Below are positions 43,962-53,802 of a stretch of 64,000 nucleotides of DNA, piece after piece. Numbering within the stretch: the stretch's first letter is position 1; every line of letters starts with the position of its first letter. Both the position numbers and the translations under genes were made by a program. The notes below the pieces were generated by a model. The model worked only from the letters and a program-made list of their open reading frames with translations. It did no database searches and was not told the DNA's origin. The DNA is taken from the sequence record LT603033.1. The stretch is one strand, 5' to 3'.

Positions 43962-44468
43962 ATGAATGAGATAGAATTATTAGCACACAAGATTAGTACA
44001 GTAATGCTTATGCTCAAGAATAATCATTCTATGCATAAGTACATTTATATAGGTGATTTACGCATAGAAGATAGATATGATAAATTATCGTTTTTGTTTA
44101 AAGATGAAAGTAATGCAAAAGTTTGTTTTGCAGCATTTGCCCAAGGCAATCCAGAACAAGCATCTCCTGTTATATACGAAAATAGTGAAGGGTATTTGTG
44201 GGTCAACACAAACGATTATTTCTTTTATGATTTGAAACAAAATGATGAAGTAGAAGCACGAATTGATTTAATTGATATTAGTTCAGATTGTAGTTCTGAA
44301 TTATTTCAGAAATCGTTATTATACAGTCCTCGTCAAATACATTATCTAAAGTTATTCAGTTCATTGTACGCGAATCCTTTAATTAAGGGTTTTAAATTTT
44401 ATATCAAAATTCCGTACCTTTCAAACGTTTATGATATTTTGATGCAAGGATATAGTTATGAAGTATAA
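43962..44468 (+). CDS. family C protein
   Basis: SSELFQKSLLYS. Confidence 0.8.
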   Translation: MNEIELLAHKISTVMLMLKNNHSMHKYIYIGDLRIEDRYDKLSFLFKDESNAKVCFAAFAQGNPEQASPVIYENSEGYLWVNTNDYFFYDLKQNDEVEARIDLIDISSDCSSELFQKSLLYSPRQIHYLKLFSSLYANPLIKGFKFYIKIPYLSNVYDILMQGYSYEV

Positions 44469-44769
44469 AATGATGTATACCCCAGATATGATTTATGTTG
44501 AATTAGAAGATGATGACGATGGGTGGAATTTGATTTATTCAAGAAGTTCAGGTTGGTACATGGCACATTTAAATGATTCGATAGTTACAGATTATTTTGT
44601 AGATTTCAATACATTATCCGATGAAGAATTGTTCCAACAGCAATTAGTGATTGACACGGGTGGTTATGATGTCTTATTATTAAAAAAGATACAGAAAGCT
44701 GTTATTGATTTTAAGCCCATGATATGGCAAAGGAAATATTATGACCTCGAAGTACCGTACCAGCAATGA
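44458..44769 (+). CDS. family C protein
   Basis: LSDEELFQQQLVID. Confidence 0.8.
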   Translation: MKYKMMYTPDMIYVELEDDDDGWNLIYSRSSGWYMAHLNDSIVTDYFVDFNTLSDEELFQQQLVIDTGGYDVLLLKKIQKAVIDFKPMIWQRKYYDLEVPYQQ

Positions 44770-45307
44770 AATTCAGTACACCTACGCTAATGCAATCCTT
44801 ATGGGACAAAAGTTAGCTTGTATTGTTGCAGCCTTATATAATGCACAGAAATATCACAAGCGTCATTTCCACAAATGTATTGGTATTATTCCATCGAAGT
44901 ACAATACATATATTGCGTGCACGAGTCATTTTGATAAACGATTCAATACACCTGATACCCCAAATTCCCGTAGTGTTATTGGTCTTTTGGATTTCGCACC
45001 TGGTGCTGTTATTGGAAAGAATGATTTAGAGTACGCATGGTATAATAAAAATGCCCCGTTAGTAATGGTAAAATATGATACAGAAACGAACAAAACAATA
45101 GAGTACAATACATATAAATCAGAGGAAGAATTTTTCCAAGGTTCATTGCTTGTGCCAGTGCGTTTGTTGTTTTATAATGTCCTTATTAGTACAGTACACA
45201 ATAGTCCATTACACAAGAATCACAAAATTAATTTCAATTTTTGTGCTTATGCAATTGATGGTGTGTATGAGTGTTTAATGGAGGTATTGAGTTATGAAGC
45301 TGAATAA
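44741..45307 (+). CDS. family C protein
   Basis: SEEEFFQGSLL. Confidence 0.8.
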   Translation: MTSKYRTSNEIQYTYANAILMGQKLACIVAALYNAQKYHKRHFHKCIGIIPSKYNTYIACTSHFDKRFNTPDTPNSRSVIGLLDFAPGAVIGKNDLEYAWYNKNAPLVMVKYDTETNKTIEYNTYKSEEEFFQGSLLVPVRLLFYNVLISTVHNSPLHKNHKINFNFCAYAIDGVYECLMEVLSYEAE

Positions 45308-45635
45308 TACATTTGATATTAATAAGTTAAGAGAATGGTTTTATAGTATTGAAATTGAAGCCATCCCGTATCATAGATATGAACAATATAATTTAACCAG
45401 TATTGATATCAGTGAGTTGTACGCGTATTATCAAAGTGCATTAGAGATGCATAAGTTATTTTTGAGTACAGATTTTGTTCTAAATTACAATTTTGAGGAA
45501 TTTAATAATTATAATTTAGTACAGAAATATGTAGTAGCAAAGTATATGTACCTTCAAGGAATTACAAGTAATTTGGAATTCAATACAGTCCTTGCTTTAG
45601 TTGAGGTAATTTTATGCAGTACATGTATGATTTAG
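45294..45635 (+). CDS. hypothetical protein
   Basis: GGAGG RBS; no family C motif seen. Confidence 0.7.
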   Translation: MKLNNTFDINKLREWFYSIEIEAIPYHRYEQYNLTSIDISELYAYYQSALEMHKLFLSTDFVLNYNFEEFNNYNLVQKYVVAKYMYLQGITSNLEFNTVLALVEVILCSTCMI

Positions 45636-46120
45636 AGTTTAGTTTAGATGCTGCATTTAAATATGTTCACAAGATAGAAACAATATACAGTACATTATGT
45701 GCAATACAATCAGTATCATCTGAGTTTGATGTTGGTGAAAAATATCAGGTATGGAATAATACATTTCTAAACAAAGAACGTTGCTCTACGGGGTTTAATA
45801 TTTTAACATTTAATCCCAGCAATTGTTACCCAGAGAAGCATGAACGTTATCCGAATGACGACATGTGGTTTGATTACACAAAAGATGGTGATATGTCATC
45901 CCTTGTAGTTCCTGATGATTTTAATGCCGAAGATTTAACGGAAGAGTGGTGGTTTCAACAGAATTTAGTACACGATGATATTGATTTATTTTTTTATGTA
46001 GTATTTAAAATGCTTTACCACAACAATATATTAAAAGATAGTGTGTTTTTTTCATGTCTATATATTGATGATTTGTACAATGAAATCCAAATCAACATTC
46101 CCAGCACGCCTGTATCGTAA
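45614..46120 (+). CDS. family C protein
   Basis: LTEEWWFQQNLVHD. Confidence 0.8.
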   Translation: MQYMYDLEFSLDAAFKYVHKIETIYSTLCAIQSVSSEFDVGEKYQVWNNTFLNKERCSTGFNILTFNPSNCYPEKHERYPNDDMWFDYTKDGDMSSLVVPDDFNAEDLTEEWWFQQNLVHDDIDLFFYVVFKMLYHNNILKDSVFFSCLYIDDLYNEIQINIPSTPVS

Positions 46121-46135
46121 GATATGGGCTTTTTT
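46108..46135 (+). terminator. Rho-independent terminator
   Basis: GCCTGTATC-GTAA-GATATGGGC-TTTTTT; followed by promoter TTGACA-17-TATCAT at 46146-46174. Confidence 0.75.
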
Positions 46136-46202
46136 CGTTTTGGTATTGACAAAGAAGTGCAAAGCTGTTATCATGTGTAATCATTTTAAAGGAGAACATA
46201 TA

Positions 46203-46715
46203 GTGAGTTTCATAATCCCAAGTACATACGAAGATGCATCAAGTGCAGTTCATAAGATTCATTATATTTTTAATTTAATTATTAGATCTGCAAAAAATAA
46301 AATGTATGCACCTCTTGTGGAATACGATAAAAATGAGGAAATTTTTGTTAGCACAGACCAAATTATTTTTCCATATTTCAATGAAGATAGATTGTGGTTC
46401 ATGCATTTAGCTGCATTACAAAAATATAAAATGTCAATTCGTAATAATTTGGATATACCGTTATATCATCCTGATATTGGAGAGGATGAATATTTTCAGT
46501 ACAGTACAGTACACCGCCATGAAGATATCTTTGTTGCTATGCTTATTGCTAAATTGAATACCGTTGATTTGGAGCAGTACAAATACAATAATAAATCATG
46601 TAAGATCATAATCCCTGCATTCATAGCTCTTTATGATTATGTGGTGCATAACAAAAAAGATGATACATATGCTTTCAATGAAGAGTATTTGAATTTTTTT
46701 AAGGAGAACATATGA
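46203..46715 (+). CDS. family C protein
   Basis: GTG start behind GGAG; GEDEYFQYSTVH. Confidence 0.75.
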   Translation: MSFIIPSTYEDASSAVHKIHYIFNLIIRSAKNKMYAPLVEYDKNEEIFVSTDQIIFPYFNEDRLWFMHLAALQKYKMSIRNNLDIPLYHPDIGEDEYFQYSTVHRHEDIFVAMLIAKLNTVDLEQYKYNNKSCKIIIPAFIALYDYVVHNKKDDTYAFNEEYLNFFKENI

Positions 46716-47239
46716 GCAGTGACGTGCAGAAATCAATGACATTCAATGAAATTGGTGCATTTAAAGATAAGATCATTGATTGTCTTGAATACATGATTTG
46801 TAGTAATATCGAAAGTATCGAGATATTTAACAAGACAAATCGCTCTTACCATATGATGTACATTGCAAACAATAATGGTATCATTCCATTTATTTCGGAT
46901 AGTACAATATGGTACGCATGTGATACGAAAAAAACCACAATAGGTTTACATTTATTTGAGACACATTATGATCTAATTATTCCTGAACATTGTATGCAAG
47001 AAGAAGAATATTTTCAAATGCAATGTATACATTCACCATTAGTGTTGTTTAGTTTATATATTATACCTTATATCACCAAATGTGTTCATGAGAATAAAGC
47101 TCCGTGGAATCATGAATTTGTATCGTTGAAGTTATTGTATAATGTATTAGTAGAATATTATGATTACAGGCACAATGGTACAATCAGTGATGTATGGGAT
47201 TTTGAATCGCTAAGGGTGAAAACATACACAGGTGAATGA
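46712..47239 (+). CDS. family C protein
   Basis: MQEEEYFQMQCIH. Confidence 0.8.
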   Translation: MSSDVQKSMTFNEIGAFKDKIIDCLEYMICSNIESIEIFNKTNRSYHMMYIANNNGIIPFISDSTIWYACDTKKTTIGLHLFETHYDLIIPEHCMQEEEYFQMQCIHSPLVLFSLYIIPYITKCVHENKAPWNHEFVSLKLLYNVLVEYYDYRHNGTISDVWDFESLRVKTYTGE

Positions 47240-47855
47240 TATGACCAGAATTAAAATGTATGATTTGATGCAGTACAGTAAAATTGCCATTCCGGTGCTT
47301 AATAAAGTGCTGGATGCATTCATTGCCAAATACCCTGAGAATTCAGTGTTATGTATTCCATTTAGTGTTCCAGATAAAGATGATATATTTCAAGTGAATG
47401 TCAGTACACGTGGTATTACATTGCAGCAGAAATACATGGATACGGAATATTATGGAATAAAGTTGGATTCAGTACAGGGTTCTAAATCAGCCTATGATTT
47501 TTTTGTTCCTAATAACATCGAGTCATGGGAAACAAACATTTCAAAGAAAGATGAAAATGATGTTCCTATTAGTGGTGTGTTCAACAATAAAGTTTTTTAT
47601 TATTACGAAACCGACAAATTCCCTGAAGAGTTATATTACAATTCAGAAATGAATGAAGATGTAGATGCATTCATGTTTCAATTATCTTTAGTACATGATA
47701 TCATTGATGTTCAAGAGTTAAGAGCAGAAATCAATTTAGCTAAAGAGTTATCGGACATGCTGCCACCGTTTAGTATGCTTTTTTGTGAAGGTGGTTATTT
47801 TTCAAAAGAAGTGTTTGAACATTTCGTAGATGTTGTAAAAGGGTTGGATATATAG
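47232..47855 (+). CDS. family C protein
   Basis: DAFMFQLSLVHD. Confidence 0.8.
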   Translation: MNDMTRIKMYDLMQYSKIAIPVLNKVLDAFIAKYPENSVLCIPFSVPDKDDIFQVNVSTRGITLQQKYMDTEYYGIKLDSVQGSKSAYDFFVPNNIESWETNISKKDENDVPISGVFNNKVFYYYETDKFPEELYYNSEMNEDVDAFMFQLSLVHDIIDVQELRAEINLAKELSDMLPPFSMLFCEGGYFSKEVFEHFVDVVKGLDI

Positions 47856-47856
47856 T

Positions 47857-48051
47857 ATGCTTACAGTTGATGTTAAACAAAAATACCGTAAGTTTGATTG
47901 GTTCACCGATAGTTTCCAGCTTGAATTATTACATATGAATATCAGTGAAACATTATGTGCAGAAACACAAGATGAATTTGATGATAGAGTGATGAACATA
48001 GTAATGCTTTCTTGCTTTAAACATTTTGGTTATTTTTTCGGACAGAATTGA
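47857..48051 (+). CDS. small hypothetical protein
   Basis: ORF in the operon. Confidence 0.65.
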   Translation: MLTVDVKQKYRKFDWFTDSFQLELLHMNISETLCAETQDEFDDRVMNIVMLSCFKHFGYFFGQN

Positions 48052-48059
48052 GGTAAAAA

Positions 48060-48575
48060 ATGCATCAACACAAGCATCATTCATATGATTTTGCAATTAA
48101 CATTATGAAGTTCATTCGAGCGTTGGAGGATGGGAAGCTTAGTCATAAGTACAGGAAAGAGGGTAACAATTGGTTCAGAAATGATTCCGAGTTCAGTTGT
48201 CATAAAATCGTGTATAGTAATCAGTACAGTGCCAATTACCTACAAGATGTAGTGATGTGTTTTGAATACGTGTTGCAGTTCAGGGGTTCAATCCAAGATG
48301 AGTTGATGGAGAACATGTACATCAGATACCTTCCAATGCTCAAAGATGAAAATGTATTATTAAATTCAATATACCAACGAGTTCGTGAAATTGAGTGCAG
48401 GGATATATTAGATACAGAAGAATCGTATTTCCAGCAATCCCTGATTTATTCACCTGATTTATTACAGGTACATAATTTGTTTAATACATTACGTCAGAAC
48501 ATCAGTACAGACATATTTTTGTCATTATCGGATTATGATACATTTGTCAAAGATTTAGAGGAAATAGGATTATGA
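48060..48575 (+). CDS. family C protein
   Basis: TEESYFQQSLIY. Confidence 0.8.
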   Translation: MHQHKHHSYDFAINIMKFIRALEDGKLSHKYRKEGNNWFRNDSEFSCHKIVYSNQYSANYLQDVVMCFEYVLQFRGSIQDELMENMYIRYLPMLKDENVLLNSIYQRVREIECRDILDTEESYFQQSLIYSPDLLQVHNLFNTLRQNISTDIFLSLSDYDTFVKDLEEIGL

Positions 48576-48916
48576 GTAGATTTTCAGTTTATATAGTAAA
48601 CGTCAGTAAAGATGGTAGTTTAATTGAATTTGATGTAGTTGATAACAATGATAATTCATATGGTATTAAGGTACAGGACAATGTAGTGCAGTTCAGTACA
48701 AGGACAAATTTTGAGAATCCAGTCCAAGTTCCGAATTTCATAGAAGATGAAGCTGCACGATTCCAATACGAAACGGCCTTTGATAATATGCATATGCATA
48801 TTATTATGCAACAAAGTTTAGTTCAATTGCTTCAGGTATTCAGACAAAATATATATGTACATGAAGTGTCGATTAATGGCATTCAAAGTTCCGTATTGTT
48901 CGGTACAAATATGTAA
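48572..48916 (+). CDS. family C protein
   Basis: EDEAARFQYETAFD. Confidence 0.75.
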   Translation: MSRFSVYIVNVSKDGSLIEFDVVDNNDNSYGIKVQDNVVQFSTRTNFENPVQVPNFIEDEAARFQYETAFDNMHMHIIMQQSLVQLLQVFRQNIYVHEVSINGIQSSVLFGTNM

Positions 48917-48926
48917 GGAAAGTACA

Positions 48927-49478
48927 ATGAGTTCAATGAGTTTATTAGATACATTAGAAAAAGACAGAAGTGCAATTAAGCGTTTAAAAGAGCAAGTACA
49001 AAAGATTGTATACAACGTTGATAAGTTTGAAGTCCCAGGAAGATTTGGTGATATTTCCCATACGGAGATCAAATCCCTTAAGTCAGATTTGTTGATTAAA
49101 AATAAAAATGGGTTGATTTTAGTTTTGAGTTCAGATATGATGGGGGCAACACATAGTTATAATGCAGTATCGGTGCGTTCAGAGTGTGAAGGTATATATC
49201 TATCACAGGGTTTCAATAGCGAGACACAGGTTTGTTTTTGTGATGCAGTACATGACCCTATGAAGTTCACGAGAAGTGAAGCCCAAGCGTTATTAGAGCT
49301 ATCAGACGAGAGTTTGTTTCAGTACAGTACAATGTATGACAATGATAAGCTTCGTTGTATGTACGCTGTAAAGCATTATACACAGGAGTTCTCTGGATTT
49401 GCATACCTTTTAGTTAGAACCAATACCAGATATATTGATATGTTAGAAGATTACATCGATAAAGTTGTTAATGTATGA
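48927..49478 (+). CDS. family C protein
   Basis: Start trimmed; LSDESLFQYSTMYD. Confidence 0.8.
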   Translation: MSSMSLLDTLEKDRSAIKRLKEQVQKIVYNVDKFEVPGRFGDISHTEIKSLKSDLLIKNKNGLILVLSSDMMGATHSYNAVSVRSECEGIYLSQGFNSETQVCFCDAVHDPMKFTRSEAQALLELSDESLFQYSTMYDNDKLRCMYAVKHYTQEFSGFAYLLVRTNTRYIDMLEDYIDKVVNV

Positions 49479-49493
49479 TTATGTGATGGGATA

Positions 49494-49670
49494 ATGCTGA
49501 TGAAAGAGTTATTTGAAGATCAGTTCAATACATATGTGGATAATATTCTTTATTCCAGCCGTGCTAGTCAACGAGGAAATCGTGCTTACAATATAGATTA
49601 CCTATTAGTGGTGCTGAGTTCACAGTACACCAATGCGGTACAAAGGGTTTATTATGAAAAGTGCAAGTAA
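49494..49670 (+). CDS. small hypothetical protein (58 aa)
   Basis: Fills the operon gap; not in track. Confidence 0.55.
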   Translation: MLMKELFEDQFNTYVDNILYSSRASQRGNRAYNIDYLLVVLSSQYTNAVQRVYYEKCK

Positions 49671-49863
49671 TAGTGATATTGCAAAGGAGAAGTTGGAGTG
49701 CAGTTTAGATTACGGTTTAAATGATTTTCTTACATGCACAATGTACAGGAATGATGATTATGAGCAATCCGTAATTTCGTTGCACAGATATTTCGAAATA
49801 ATTTACGCAAGATATCTTAGAAGGTTAGAGGGAATAGGGGATTGGAATTATGATTACGTTTGA
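49654..49863 (+). CDS. small hypothetical protein
   Basis: Start trimmed to MKSASNS. Confidence 0.6.
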   Translation: MKSASNSDIAKEKLECSLDYGLNDFLTCTMYRNDDYEQSVISLHRYFEIIYARYLRRLEGIGDWNYDYV

Positions 49864-50074
49864 AGAGCCGGAAGTGGTATATTGCTATAGTGTGAAAGGT
49901 TTTGAATACATGATGGATTCTATTTTGAAGGATACATATTTGGTTCAGATTGCAGTTGCAGATAATACAGATAATGCATTACAGCGAGTATTGAATATAT
50001 ACGAGAAGACGAGTCGAAGGCTTTGTGCAATGAAAAGGATTGAAGAAATCAAGCTTTCTAGGCTGAATAAATAG
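49850..50074 (+). CDS. small hypothetical protein
   Basis: Overlaps the previous stop. Confidence 0.65.
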   Translation: MITFEEPEVVYCYSVKGFEYMMDSILKDTYLVQIAVADNTDNALQRVLNIYEKTSRRLCAMKRIEEIKLSRLNK

Positions 50075-50105
50075 AGACGTTTCATTTTGACAGGCCGCAG
50101 GGGGT

Positions 50106-50160
50106 NNNNNNNNNNNNNNNNNNNNNNNNNNNNNNNNNNNNNNNNNNNNNNNNNNNNNNN
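50106..50160. other. assembly gap (55 N)
   Basis: Run of N flanked by GC-rich tracts. Confidence 0.99.
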
Positions 50161-50276
50161 TATTGTGTTTTTCAGAGTACAGTTCATGTTTCCTGAAACA
50201 AAAAATACCCCGCCCCCGCAACGTGCTCCTTATATTGGAGTTTACCTTATTAATTACAGTAGAGATTACAATTGAA

Positions 50277-50660
50277 ATGAAGATGCAAATAAAATATAAT
50301 GAATTTTGTGCAAGGACATGGATGTACACTGGTGAGTTAGTTACGCACTGTAACTTATACAAGGGTGATTTAAACTACGCCAGGGACAAGATTTTAAAGT
50401 ACTGGAATGCTGACTTTTATTTGATGGATTTTAGTACTGGGTTTCATGGGATATCTATCGAGATGCCGGACTATACAGTACTTGATGATGCTGCACTGTT
50501 TCAGGAGGCATTAGTATTTGATAAGAAGTACATCTGTACATTAGAAGAGATGATTGAATTACAGCGTAGAATTAAATGTATTCACAGGGAATGTATAGAT
50601 ATCTGGTGCAGTACTGGTGAGGCCGATTTATGGAAATTTTTTAATCTAGGAGAAGAGTGA
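50277..50660 (+). CDS. family C protein
   Basis: Start trimmed; LDDAALFQEALVFD. Confidence 0.75.
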   Translation: MKMQIKYNEFCARTWMYTGELVTHCNLYKGDLNYARDKILKYWNADFYLMDFSTGFHGISIEMPDYTVLDDAALFQEALVFDKKYICTLEEMIELQRRIKCIHRECIDIWCSTGEADLWKFFNLGEE

Positions 50661-50821
50661 TGGAATTTGATTTTTTAATATCAGTACATTCTTTTAAGCA
50701 CAGTTATCAGTACTTTTGTAATTTAAACAAAGGTGATTTGATTATGGATACAGATACAGAGGCTGTATACAGTTCTAATATTCTGTACAAATTCAGTACT
50801 AATCTGAAGGAGATTTTATGA
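50660..50821 (+). pseudogene. truncated copy of the 51186 gene 5' end (53-aa ORF)
   Basis: First 27 codons nearly identical to 51186 onward, then unrelated sequence; lacks the family C motif. Confidence 0.65.
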
Positions 50822-51186
50822 AAAAAGAAATTAGAATTCAATTCGGTATGAGGAAAAAAGAGGTCATCTGTACACTGAATCATGCGGACGTGGAAATGGG
50901 TGGTGCATTACAAAAATTCTCACATTTTGTTCTTGTACTATATGAAAATGGGTCTTTTAAAATCTTCACATATGATGATTCAAAAAATTACCGTAATGAT
51001 TTTGTAAATCTTACAGTACTGTCAGAAGAGGAATTCTTTCAGGAAAGTACTGTCTGGAATTTACCAGGAGCACCAATTGAATACGTCCGTGCTACACAGG
51101 TAGAGATGATCAAAACAATGCAGAACTATCCAGAAGATTATATGACTAAGTTTCCTGAATCTTTTAATGTAGAGGTTGAGTACTGA
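50818..51186 (+). CDS. family C protein
   Basis: LSEEEFFQESTVWN. Confidence 0.8.
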   Translation: MKKEIRIQFGMRKKEVICTLNHADVEMGGALQKFSHFVLVLYENGSFKIFTYDDSKNYRNDFVNLTVLSEEEFFQESTVWNLPGAPIEYVRATQVEMIKTMQNYPEDYMTKFPESFNVEVEY

Positions 51187-51542
51187 TGGAATTTGATTTT
51201 TTAATATCAGTACATACTTTCAAGCACAGTTATCAGTACTTTTGTAATTTAAACAAAGGTGATTTAATGCACAGTGCGAATGAGTATATTCATTACACTC
51301 AGGGTAAATTTACATTCATTGATTACAGTTCATTACAGTATCCACACCAAGATATGCCGGACTATACATTAATGGATACCGCAGAACTATTCCAAGAATC
51401 ATTAGTATTTGATAAGAAGTACTTGTGTACATTTGAAGAAGTTATTGCAATACAAAATGAAATGAAAGAGTATGCTGCTTTGCATAAACCCAATGCAAGT
51501 ATTAATCAAGAATACAAATTCAATTTAGGAATTCAAGAATGA
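51186..51542 (+). CDS. family C protein
   Basis: MDTAELFQESLVFD. Confidence 0.8.
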   Translation: MEFDFLISVHTFKHSYQYFCNLNKGDLMHSANEYIHYTQGKFTFIDYSSLQYPHQDMPDYTLMDTAELFQESLVFDKKYLCTFEEVIAIQNEMKEYAALHKPNASINQEYKFNLGIQE

Positions 51543-51898
51543 CATATGATTATTCTATGTACTATTATAAGTTACCTAAAGGATGGGACTTGTGCTGTAA
51601 TCTTATTAAGGGCGACTCGGAACATGAGTTGAGTTTATATATGCATTACAAAGATTCTTGTTTTAAATTTATTCATGTATTACATGATGGCTATGACTAT
51701 GAATCTGAGAGTCTTATAGATTATACAGTACTGGACGATGGTGAACTATTTCAGGAAGCATTAGTGTTTGATAAGAATAAGTACTCCTGTACATTTGAAG
51801 AAATGGTTTCTTTGCAAAATGAAATGAAGAGATTTGAAAAAGAAAACGTATTTAATCCATCCCCATCAAGAACGAATAATTATTATTTCAATATATGA
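51539..51898 (+). CDS. family C protein
   Basis: LDDGELFQEALVFD. Confidence 0.8.
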   Translation: MTYDYSMYYYKLPKGWDLCCNLIKGDSEHELSLYMHYKDSCFKFIHVLHDGYDYESESLIDYTVLDDGELFQEALVFDKNKYSCTFEEMVSLQNEMKRFEKENVFNPSPSRTNNYYFNI

Positions 51899-51907
51899 GA
51901 TTATAAA

Positions 51908-52402
51908 ATGACATTACAGAGTTCATTGGAAAAAGCAAAGAAGATTCATGAGTACATGAATATGGCAAAAGAAGGTTCAGTTTACGGTGTTTTCAAAGAC
52001 ACAAGTACTCAATATTATGTGCCGGATAACCTCCTTTATAATGACTGCTCAGATACAGAAACGTGCGTACTGGATACAGAAACATGCATACTAGATACCG
52101 ACCCTAATGATTATGAATGTTTCATTGATATGCATAATGAGTACATGGTCTATATTAATGATGCAGATATTACCATATACAGTACTGACAGCGATTCCGA
52201 TGACATTATAATTCCGAGTGAAGTACTAGAAGGTCAGTGGGATAGTGAAGAGTATTACTTCCAACAAAGTACTGTTTACGATGATGAAGTACTTGATGTT
52301 ATTATAATTATGTGGTACTTTAAAAGTATTGGTTCTGGGAACTTCTATTTCGATTACAAATACGTAAAGAAAACAGTAGATAACGGTATTAACAGGGGTT
52401 GA
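51908..52402 (+). CDS. family C protein (acidic subfamily)
   Basis: GQWDSEEYYFQQSTVYD. Confidence 0.8.
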   Translation: MTLQSSLEKAKKIHEYMNMAKEGSVYGVFKDTSTQYYVPDNLLYNDCSDTETCVLDTETCILDTDPNDYECFIDMHNEYMVYINDADITIYSTDSDSDDIIIPSEVLEGQWDSEEYYFQQSTVYDDEVLDVIIIMWYFKSIGSGNFYFDYKYVKKTVDNGINRG

Positions 52403-52403
52403 A

Positions 52404-52874
52404 ATGAGTTTAGAAAGAGCATTAGAGATTGCGAAGTTAATTGATTTATGCAGCAAAGAAATTGTAGCAAATTGTCTCAATGGATATCTATTCAAGGAAG
52501 GTAAATCTTATTGTCGAATGAGATACGATGACAGTAGTGAGTACATTCACATGTACGATGAAAACTTAGATTCTTCTGAAACAACACTCAATGGGTGTGA
52601 TGTTAATTTGGAAGATAATTACATGTACTTCTGTCGTGATGCTGATATTTTAATACAAGATTCTGACATTCTAACTGGTGGTGAAGAGAAACATCTTCCG
52701 TATTCAGTACTGGATAATAACTGGGGTAGTGAAGATTACTATTTCCAGCAGAGTACTATATATAATGAAGATATACTTGACAAACTTGTTATTTCTTGGT
52801 ACTTTCATAACACGGATTATAGTAGCTTCTACATAGACTTGGATCTACTAAGAGTACTTAAAGAGGATATATGA
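52404..52874 (+). CDS. family C protein (acidic subfamily)
   Basis: WGSEDYYFQQSTIYN. Confidence 0.8.
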   Translation: MSLERALEIAKLIDLCSKEIVANCLNGYLFKEGKSYCRMRYDDSSEYIHMYDENLDSSETTLNGCDVNLEDNYMYFCRDADILIQDSDILTGGEEKHLPYSVLDNNWGSEDYYFQQSTIYNEDILDKLVISWYFHNTDYSSFYIDLDLLRVLKEDI

Positions 52875-53311
52875 GTTTAGAAAAAGCACTAGAACTAGCC
52901 AACAAAATACATCAGTACCATGATAAAATAAAAAGTGGGTTCTATGCTGATAAAGTACATGCATATGGGAATGAATATTACCTCACTGGAGTAAAGAGAT
53001 ACTCTAATGATATTTTACTTATGGGTCATGATAAAGACAATAATATACAGTACTCTTCATGTAGTCAATATACTAGTTTTATGGTATATATTCCTGGTAC
53101 TAAGATTACTTTTGACACATCAAATACACCTGTTGACTTCGGAGTACTTGATGGCCCGTGGGGTACTGAAGAGTATTACTTCCAACAGAGTCTCATTTTT
53201 AACCAAGAAATGCTTGATTCCTTGGTTGTGTTGTGGTACTTTAAGGAATTGAATTTTGAACCATTCTTTCTTGACTGGGGATCATGTGAGTATTTAATTT
53301 CAGGGGAATAA
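52871..53311 (+). CDS. family C protein (acidic subfamily)
   Basis: WGTEEYYFQQSLIFN. Confidence 0.8.
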   Translation: MSLEKALELANKIHQYHDKIKSGFYADKVHAYGNEYYLTGVKRYSNDILLMGHDKDNNIQYSSCSQYTSFMVYIPGTKITFDTSNTPVDFGVLDGPWGTEEYYFQQSLIFNQEMLDSLVVLWYFKELNFEPFFLDWGSCEYLISGE

Positions 53312-53313
53312 TA

Positions 53314-53802
53314 ATGTCATTACAAAGTGCGTTGAAAGAAGCAAAGAAGATTCATGAGTACATGATTATGGTACAGGAAGGTTCAGTACCAGGTGTATAC
53401 AAAACATCAGATACGGAATTCTTCGTTAAGGATAGAGATGATTATGACGATTCAGAGGTATGTGCAGAAACATTAGTACTGCACACTGATACTGGTGACA
53501 GTGATAACTGTGAATATCATATGTACAACCAGTACATTAGTTATTGCCGTAATGAAGATATTACCATCTACAACACAGATAGTGATGCTGATGACACTAT
53601 CATTCCTTATTCAGTACTGGAAGGTCAGTGGGATAGTGAAGAATATTACTTCCAGAATAGTACTATCTACAATGAAGAAGAACTGGATGTTATTGTGATT
53701 ATGTGGTATTTCAAAAGTATTGACTCCAGTAGTTTCTATTTTGATTATGAATATGTAGAGAATACAGTAGGAGAAGGTAATGTCATTACAAAGTGCTCTT
53801 GA
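53314..53802 (+). CDS. family C protein (acidic subfamily)
   Basis: GQWDSEEYYFQNSTIYN. Confidence 0.8.
   Translation: MSLQSALKEAKKIHEYMIMVQEGSVPGVYKTSDTEFFVKDRDDYDDSEVCAETLVLHTDTGDSDNCEYHMYNQYISYCRNEDITIYNTDSDADDTIIPYSVLEGQWDSEEYYFQNSTIYNEEELDVIVIMWYFKSIDSSSFYFDYEYVENTVGEGNVITKCS

Noticed and set aside
49945-50362. ORFs spanning the N run (49945, 49979, 50087) and the 5' part of 50163
   Set aside because: Artefacts of translating through the gap; the GC-rich flanks hint at a hairpin or repeat, but the content cannot be seen.
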